Below, piece after piece: positions 52,560 through 61,500 of a stretch of DNA of 64,000 nt. Under the pieces are notes generated by a model. It did not search any database, was not told the origin of the DNA, and was given only the letters and a program-made list of their open reading frames with translations. The position numbers and the translations under genes were made by a program. Within the stretch, counting starts at the first letter, position 1. Every line of letters begins with the position of its first letter. Source of the stretch: Podarcis pityusensis (lineage: Eukaryota); the NCBI GenBank assembly GCA_964106645.2, contig OZ067044.1; one strand, given 5' to 3'.

Positions 52560-55500
52560 AGCATTCTTGCCAAGTGAACAATATTGCAGTATTCAGTGTC
52601 AAATCAAAGAGCCAGCATCGTTAATTTATTCTTATAAATTATGTGACTCGCTCAAGTAGTAAGGATACTCCAGAAATTAATGTAGCTGCCTATTAGCTAC
52701 TGAGCTATGTTCAGGCTTTCGTTGCTGGAATTTAAACCCTACACAACCTGGCACCAGGATCCAAACCTGATCTTTAAGATCTTCCACAGAGATACTGCTG
52801 GCCGTTCCACAACCAGACAATTGTCACTATGTGACATCACCAAGAAGGCCTGCTTCCTGCATTGTCACCCATCCTCTTGGGTAATGCCTCTTAAAACGTA
52901 CTTTTACCCAAGCTTTCCTGGACTCTGGGTCTTAATTTTTAATTATCTGTTTAGTATGCTGCTCAGTGTTACCTGTGGTGCATCACTTTGTGTTATTGTT
53001 TCTCTTCACTTTTAGGGATTTTGTTAAATGTTATTATCAATATTCCATTATTTATGTAAACTGCTTATTTTTATTTAGCGGTATACATTTGTTTATGAAA
53101 TACTGTGGTGATACAGGAAAAATGAAAGGCAAGCCTCATGCTACATAAACAAATTAACCATGGTGCTCCTAAATCCAAGTTCACTGACTGTTGAACAGGT
53201 AGCCAACATGGTGCCCTCCAGATGTTTTGAGACTACATTTCCATTAGCTTAAGCCAGCACTAACCAGTGTCATGGATGATGGGAACGTTAGTCTTACCAG
53301 CATCAGGAGGCTACCCCCAAACTATGTTTTTTGAGATTATGGTCAAACATGACACTGAAGGGCAGCTAAGGTGATAGAGTGGGGAGGCAGAGCAATTGGA
53401 TAATAAAAGAAAGGTGAAAAAGCATGAGTGTTCAATCACTTGATTATTAAGCCAAGGCTGTGTCAGGGTCTATACTGTGTCTATTACTGGCCTGTGGAGT
53501 GAAATGAGCAAAAGCAAACTCAAAAGCTGCATCTAGCCTCTTACTAGATCATGTAGTTTTAGCAGTTACTATGTCATTTTGCTTCATGCAACTGAGATCT
53601 AGAAACACTTTTTAAAGGATTGGCTCAGATATGGCCTCCTTTAAAGGCTAGTAGCACTAAGCTGGTAGCAACCATGGGTCTGCTAGGTCACACTAAGACC
53701 AGAAGGTGGGAGGTAGAACATTGGAAACACAGTGCTGGTCTGGTGGCAACCACTACTCTTACCGTGGAAACAGATGAGGGGCAAATCACATTACTCACGA
53801 AATGAAAAGCCGGATATTATTAAATGGTTATGTAGGCAGTTTGTATGTGGGTACATTTTTTTTAAAAGTCAGCATTCTTTGTGTTTTAGAGCTGATGCTG
53901 ACTGTCCTGCTACAACATCAAATTCTAAGGAATCATCTTGCAATGATAGCTTACCTCAGGTGCTGTATACTGATCATAGCTTGGGACGATTGACCTTTGT
54001 CTCTGCCACTGAAAAAACCCTTCAGAATCTAACTCTGTCTAGTCCAGAGAGATGTCAGGTAAGTAGCTTGTTAGATGCAAAATATTTTTATATGCCAAGT
54101 TTCAAGTTGTAGCATGATCTTAGGTACATTTATGAAGAACTATCTTCCCAGAAGTATAAAATATTAGTCAAGGATCAGTGTAGTATAGTGGACAGTGTAC
54201 TAGATTTTGACTTGTATTACCCAAGCTGAAATTGTTACACTTTAGCCAGGACTCTGACTTACTCTGTACAGTGGTGCCTCTGGTTACGAACTTAATTTGT
54301 TCCGGAGGTCCGTTCTTAAGCTGAAACTGCTCTTATCCTGAGGTGCTCTTTCGCTAATGTTTCTTGTCCCCTTAAGTACAGTGGAACATACATACAAAGG
54401 ATTGGATGAGTAAGGAGAACTAATTTAATGTTCTGGTCAAAATGCACTGTAAGTGGTAGAGTTAACCTCCCCCACTGCCACATTGTAAACTTACCATGTT
54501 CATGAACCTGCTGCTCTGGAATTCAGATCAGTGATATGAAAAACAAAACGGCAAAATCATAGCAAATATTCTTAGGACACTTGCGAACATGAGCTAATAT
54601 GAATTAATAACACAGTGGACTATGAAAACTCATTTGTGCAGTGCCACAGGAGAGGAGAACCTCTCGCCTGTGGACCAAACTTAACCTGCCAGGCCTCCCC
54701 ATGTGGCATGCCAGAATGTTTTTCCCAAAGGTATGCCCACCTGCCCCATAACTGGCATAGTCTGTGATGTCAGGTGTGGGGCAGGTGTAGACAAGCATGG
54801 AGGAAGCAGGATTAATCCTCCACGCATTAGCTCTAATCCTAATTTAGGCATTCCAGCAAGTTCCCACAGGGAATTGTCTAGGACATCCCAAACCTCTAGA
54901 AAGTAGGGTTGAACACTGATACACAAGGAGTTCTGTCCTGCTTGGGCTGTATTTCCCACATCCATGGACCAATTTGGCAGGTGGGTGGGTCAAGCCACCT
55001 GCCAGACACCTGACATCATTATGACATCAGGTGAGTGACAGGTAGGTGGCCCCACCTATCAAAGTTGACCTGTGGGGAGTGGAAGAAGATAAAGATCTGC
55101 TCTGCTGGGTCAAAAATGTTTCCCATCCCTGCCTTGCCTCATGCCAACTACTATGCTGTACCAGCAGGGCTAGTACTGGTGACACTGCAAATATTGCACC
55201 TAACCTTTAGTTGCACATACACACTTGCTCACTTAATACACCTTGATACTTCTTAAGAATTACTTTTTGCTTCATTCCTGGGGAAGCAGCCGCCTGGAAG
55301 CATCATGAGATTGCTGACTTTATATGAAAAGCTTGCAGTAAATACTCACCTTGTACCAGCGTTGTGTGGCTTTTAAAAATTAGCTATGATGAATTTATTT
55401 AACATAGTCGTCTGTTTCACACATCACGTTAAGCCCATGCTATGGTGTGCTGATGAATGCTGCTCAAACTGCACCTGCCTGGAGAGAAACCACACATTGA

Positions 55501-58500
55501 GCCTTGCACACCATGCTAAGCTTTCACTGTGGTTTTACCTTTGGCTCAGGAAATGGAGGAGCAGAGTAGGTGCAATTTGAGGAGCACGCTGTTCATTCAC
55601 AGTGAGCCATAGTTTGTTTCTAACTGTGGTTTAGTATAACATGCGAACAGGGCCAGTAAGTATTGTTTCTGCATTTAAAAGCCTTGTTTTTTTCCATTGA
55701 AGAGGATAATCAGTTTAGGCTATAATATTAATTTATTTTGTGAATTAATTGTGGTGTTTTGTCTACATGGTAGGCAAGTATAGTAGGCTCACTTTCTGTG
55801 TGTAGAGGCTTTTAATATGTACTAATCATAAGCTTATTACAAATTATAAATGCTAATCAAAATTTTAATATCTTCTATTCAGAATAATCGTGCTAGTGGC
55901 TGGGGCACAACAATAGTTTGGACCAGCCCAACTTCAGCATTGGAAGAAGAAACTAAAAAAAATATTGATTTGCAAAATAACAAACATCCATCACTAAGCA
56001 GTGCAAGCACTAGTGCGAGAAACCATAATAAGAAGCTAGAAATAAACAAATCTGCAGATGCTTCCAGCCTACCAGAGCACCAGAAATCAACTGGAGAGCA
56101 ACCATCAAAGAGCAAAGATCAGTCTGCACAGAAATGTTCAAATAGTAATGAACTGGGAAATGTTGAAGTACCAGTAACAGAGCATGGGTATACAACCACA
56201 GCACATGGACCAGGCTTAGACTCTCAAAAAGATGTGCCTGCTCATGACGGTTTAGGTGACTGTATTTCATTAAGTCAAAATAGAGCAAACTTTAAATCAC
56301 ATGTTCCTGCTTCAGAAATTCCAGCTATATCTTCTCAAGTTCCAACACTGCTAACAGGGTGTTCCCTTAGAACAACACCATTTGCCCAACAATATCTGAG
56401 AAGCTTGCCATCTCAAACAAATATGGCTCTGCCTCAGTATCAAGTTGGATGTCCTCCAGTTTTTGGTGTTCCACCAGGACTGATTTATTCTACCATTCCC
56501 ATGGGTCATGTTCCAAGCTCACTCACTGCTGGAATGACACCAGGTTCAGAAGTTGGATCTGGAATGTTGGGTGCAGCTCCACAGTGCAACTTCATATCCA
56601 GCCAGAATGTCTTTAGTAGCACTCCACATACAGTACAAGTAGCTGATGCTGGTGGACCTAGACAGCTGGAGGAATCTGTGCCATTTGGACTTGGTAAGTT
56701 ATTTGTTTCTCTTCCAGCAACCTTATCTAATTCCTTTGTGGTCAGGAAGACATTTACTTGGACTCTTGGTCATTCTTTTATATATTTAATTTTTAAATGA
56801 GCATCATTTACTATCTTTATTTGTTCATTATATGTAAAGCAGCCAGTGAACAATTTTTTATCCTGCTCCCTTTGTCTGCTCCAAGAAGTTGATAAATCCT
56901 TCAGAGCAGATTTGAAGGGAGAAATCCTGTTGCATGAGCAGAACTCTGCCTGCAGGCTGTTGCATAAAATCCATTTTATCCAACAGTTGGATAAAATACA
57001 TTTTAGCCCTGTTTTATGTTGTCCAAAATTTGCAGCTGAAACAATTTATTGGTTATTTTCTCTTTCCTAGAACGTGTAAAAGTCCCAGAAGAGGTAACGT
57101 TCCCTAATGCTTGTTGTGTGGGGCTGACATCACACACAGTCCTTAGTATTCTTAACCCATCTGAACGGTGGCTCCAGGTCAGCATCGGCCTTCTTAGTAT
57201 TATGCTTGATGGTGAAAAGGTATGTACCAAATCTTGATATGTATTGTGCATCTTTTAATATTTTACTTTTTTTCTCTAGTGAAGTAAACCATGTTTTAAA
57301 CTAGAGATGGCAGCCTGCTTGCCAGCCCCCCCCCCCCCAAAAGGGCTAGAAAATTGTTAACTTGAAATTTGGTTAAAGCTCTGTAGTTTTTAATATCATT
57401 CAACCATAAACTATGATGGACTTCAACACTCTTCCTCCTATTGATAGCAATCCCTGTTTTTCAAACACAAAAGTCATTGTGATGAAACTTTCATACCTAC
57501 GTTCCATTTCAAAAGTATTCACTAATGTACCATGGGGAAGGGGGGCACAGCAGTAGAAAGGATTTGGATATGGTCAACGCAGAACCTTTAAATGCCATCC
57601 TAATTTTTTGCATCTATTTTATACCTCTCTATTGAGAATTGCTGGCTTTGTCCTGAACCTCTGATTGTGTGTGTGCTTCTTTTTTTGCAGATGGACGCTC
57701 TGAAGCACAGGTGCTTCCTCTTTAAAAACAAAACTGTCATAGGACCTCGTACTACAGAAGATCTAAAAATGCTGTTTCTACCCTGTCAAGCAGGAGTCTT
57801 TCAGTGTGTGCTTAGTATTGCCTCTTGGCCATTTACTGCAGATGCAGATACAATAGTCCAGGCACAGGCCTTAGCAGCTAGAGTGATTGTGAATGCAGTT
57901 GCTGAGATTCCTGATATTGAGGTAAAAATCCATGAGAGTGCATAATGCATAGTTCTGATAAATACATAGTTAGGGAAGGGGTATGTTATCAGCTGTATCA
58001 TTCCACAAATCGTTTCCTGAATTCCAAATGACAATACTGAGTCTTGAAACTTAATTATTTCACCACACTATAAAAAATAGTCAGACTTTCACTAATTTTA
58101 CTATACGATAAATGGTCTCTCCAAATCTACCAAAATTTGTTAGTTATCAATGTATATCAGGATGTACATGTTCATCCTGAGGGCTGCAGTCTTCCAGAGG
58201 CCGAAGTATGGATGGACCTCTGTACAGTAGGTACGTTTCTGTCCACAGTCACACACTCCTTTATATTCTCCATCCTGGCAAGCAAGAGGCATTATCAGAC
58301 TTCAAGAGTACATTCCAGCCAGGGAAAAAATATTTAAGAAGGGTATAAAGTTGGGCCAAAGAGGTGGTGTGACTTGGGGAGAGTCCTGAGTGCCAGACAG
58401 AGAGAGGTGGGGGCCACATTTGACACTTAGGTCCAAGTTTTCCCCATCCCGATGTACACGATGAGTAATTTTTAATAACTTCAGATGTTGGTGAAACTTT

Positions 58501-61500
58501 TTTGTTTCTTCGTTTTGGCTAATCTGTAATAGTAACAGTAAGAGGTGGTGGTCAGAATGCTTCTCCAGGAGGGGGCACAGCTAGAATCTCTTGTCTAGTT
58601 ATCTTTTAGTGACACCTGTTTGCTTCTTCATACAAATAAATATGACTTTGTGTGCCTCAATTCTTAAATGTATTATTTCCCTCCCCCTTTTTCTAATATT
58701 AGGTGGAAGCAGGAACGACAAACCATCTTGACTTTGGTGATATGCCATCTGGCAGCTGGAAAGCTCTTCCACTGAAACTAACAAACAAGACATGTGCTAG
58801 AGTGCCAGTCAGACTTGTTATTTATGCAGTAAGTATTCATTCATTTAAACTTATATACAAGCTTTTATCCATAGTTTGCAACACAAAATACTTCACAAAA
58901 ACAAGAACAAAAAAATGCACAAACCATCAACCCCCTCCCAGTATAGTGATCTCTTGAGAAGCAACAACTTGTAAGTGACTGCTACATTGGTTCCACAGTA
59001 TGGGTAACCAGCAGCTTGGTTTCACTCCCAGATAAGCAGAGAGCCAATGGTAATGGATTACCCTTGTTGCAGTGTGTTGATATCACCTGAGATATTTTCT
59101 TTGCATCCTGACATGTTTCTCTACAATGGGAATGTTGGTTGTGTAGCAGGATTTCATTATGCTATTCCCACAACAGCTGTCAGAAGCAGATGTTCTAAGA
59201 AGCTGAAGCAGAGGGATTGCAACTGATGAACCTTATTGCATGGCAATACAGTTGTGAGGCTGACTGCACTGTAGTTTTGACTTCCATTGATTTAGTAAAG
59301 TAAATCCTTGCTCTATTTCTGGAGGTCTACTTCAGCCTGCAAATGTTTCATTAAAGAGGTTGAACTATCCACTTCTGCCCTTGTCTCTTCTGCCTGTGAA
59401 ACCGTTGACCAGGTCACTTTCTTCCTAACTGTCCAATCACTCATTTGATGTTTCTGGCAAGGAAAGCTTTTCCAATACTTCTCCCAGATCAGCACCCTCA
59501 ATTATCTATTTTTTGTTCCATCCTATATTCATCCTCCCTTCCTTCTGGCTTTCTAAGTGTATGTACATAATGTAACATAGTTATTTACCTTCTTGACCAA
59601 GGAAAGTCTTGACTTTCTTGGATTCCTCTTTCTACTCTTCATCTCCATGTCATGTTGCTACTCCTTGTCTAACTTTGCTAAATACAGCACGCTTATTTTC
59701 TGCCCCTTAATGTAAACTCCAGTTGCCACCCACCATTACTGCAGCCTTTTCTTTTTCTGGCTTGCAATTCCCCCCAACCCCCAGCTTTCCAGAACTTGGC
59801 TAACAAAATAATTGATGGCCCCTTATACTGCATAGCACCTCTCCCTAAACTCTTACATTGGGATCCTATCAACTCCTGGATGCAACACAAACTCCTCATT
59901 GCTGCCTTACACAGCTGCATCCCCTCTAATTATCCACTCCTTATAGCTCAATGCGTTTGTGACATGTTCTTTAGCTGTTTCAAAGATCTCTTGCTCGCTC
60001 AACTTGGAATACTGGAAGCATCCATATATCAAGTCCATAGGATCCATTTAGTATTGCCTATAGTGGCGGCAACAATTCGGGGTTACCTTGAGATTTCGGG
60101 AGACTGAAATTAGACGTTTTTGCATGCAAAACACGTTCTCTGTTACTGAGCTACAGCCCTTCTTTCAGTCAAAGGTTTATTTAATCTGGCTTCTAAAAGG
60201 CATCTATTCTGCTCAGCGCCCCATATGCTTGGAGTGCTCTCCCAGAACCCGTGTGGTACCACCTCTTGCTTGAAAATTTTATTCAGTTGGCAAAACAGCA
60301 GGGCTCTATTTAGCATATCCTGACAACAGTCAATAACCTGAAATGCTAGATAATTTAGGGGATGGCAGTCAAGTTCTGCTTTTAAAATGTAAAAAACATC
60401 TTTATTACAGAATGCTGTAGCATGGCGGTGTTTCACATTTTCTAAGGAACCAGTTAACACTTCTGTTAGTTTGCTCCCTACTTGTGACATTTCCCAGCGA
60501 GCAGCTCCATCGGTGATATCCAATGTAATGAATGCAAGAAGTGATGGGCAAGTAAGTCACTATAAACCAAAGGAATATAGTTGAATTAACCAAAACAGTA
60601 TTTATCCTTAAATGCTTAGCTGAAACTTTGCTTTTAGTAACAGAGTTTTTATTTGGGAAGTATTTGCCTAAGATCCAGGACAAAGCACCACCTTTCAAAA
60701 ATTCCCCCTTATGTCAATTCTGCCTTTGAAATCCTGGTAGTTTCTGGGAAAATCTGGACATATGGCAGCCCTAGAATTGGGGACATCCGTCTTTCACTTA
60801 AATTGGTGGTGCACTTTTCTTTGCCAGTCATAATCAGTTGTGTTCAGGTGAGCACAGAACCATTCACACCACAGAAGAGCCCTTCTCTCTTCCTACTGTA
60901 TCTGTAGTTTAGGGTAGTAAAGACTTAAAGCCATGGTCTTTAAAAATATAATTCTGTGTAGCTGATCAATGTTTCAACCATAATCAGTTCTTAAAGTTAA
61001 AAATGTTTCATTCTACACAAATGTCTTTCTTTCCAGGATCCTGATGTTCTAGTAGTGTGGGTTCAGTTCCATGCACCGAGCAAATGCATCACTTCAGGTA
61101 TAGATCTGCTATCTTATGAAATTGATGTACAGTGGTACCTTGGTTGTCAAGCATAATCTGTTCCGGAGTCCATTGGACTCCCGGAATCGTTCGAAAACCA
61201 AGGCGCGGCTTCCAATTGGCTGCAGGAGATTCCTGCACTCAATCGGATGCCGCAGAAGCTGCGTCGGAAGTTCGGCTTCCAAAACACGTTCACAAACTGG
61301 AACACTTACTTCTGGGTTTGCAGCGTTCGGCAGCCAAGCCGTTTGACAACCAAGGTACCACTGTATTAGGAATCTGTGTTAGTCCAGCAGACCCGAATTC
61401 TGCTTGAAATAATATTCATGATTCCAACCTATATTCAAAATCTAGTATGCAGAGCTTTTGCTACTCAGAACTTTCAATCCTCTTCACAGTTTGATTTTTT

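Noticed and set aside
55850-56800. 316-aa ORF as a stand-alone gene
   Set aside because: It is CEP192 coding exon 20 plus intronic read-through on both sides
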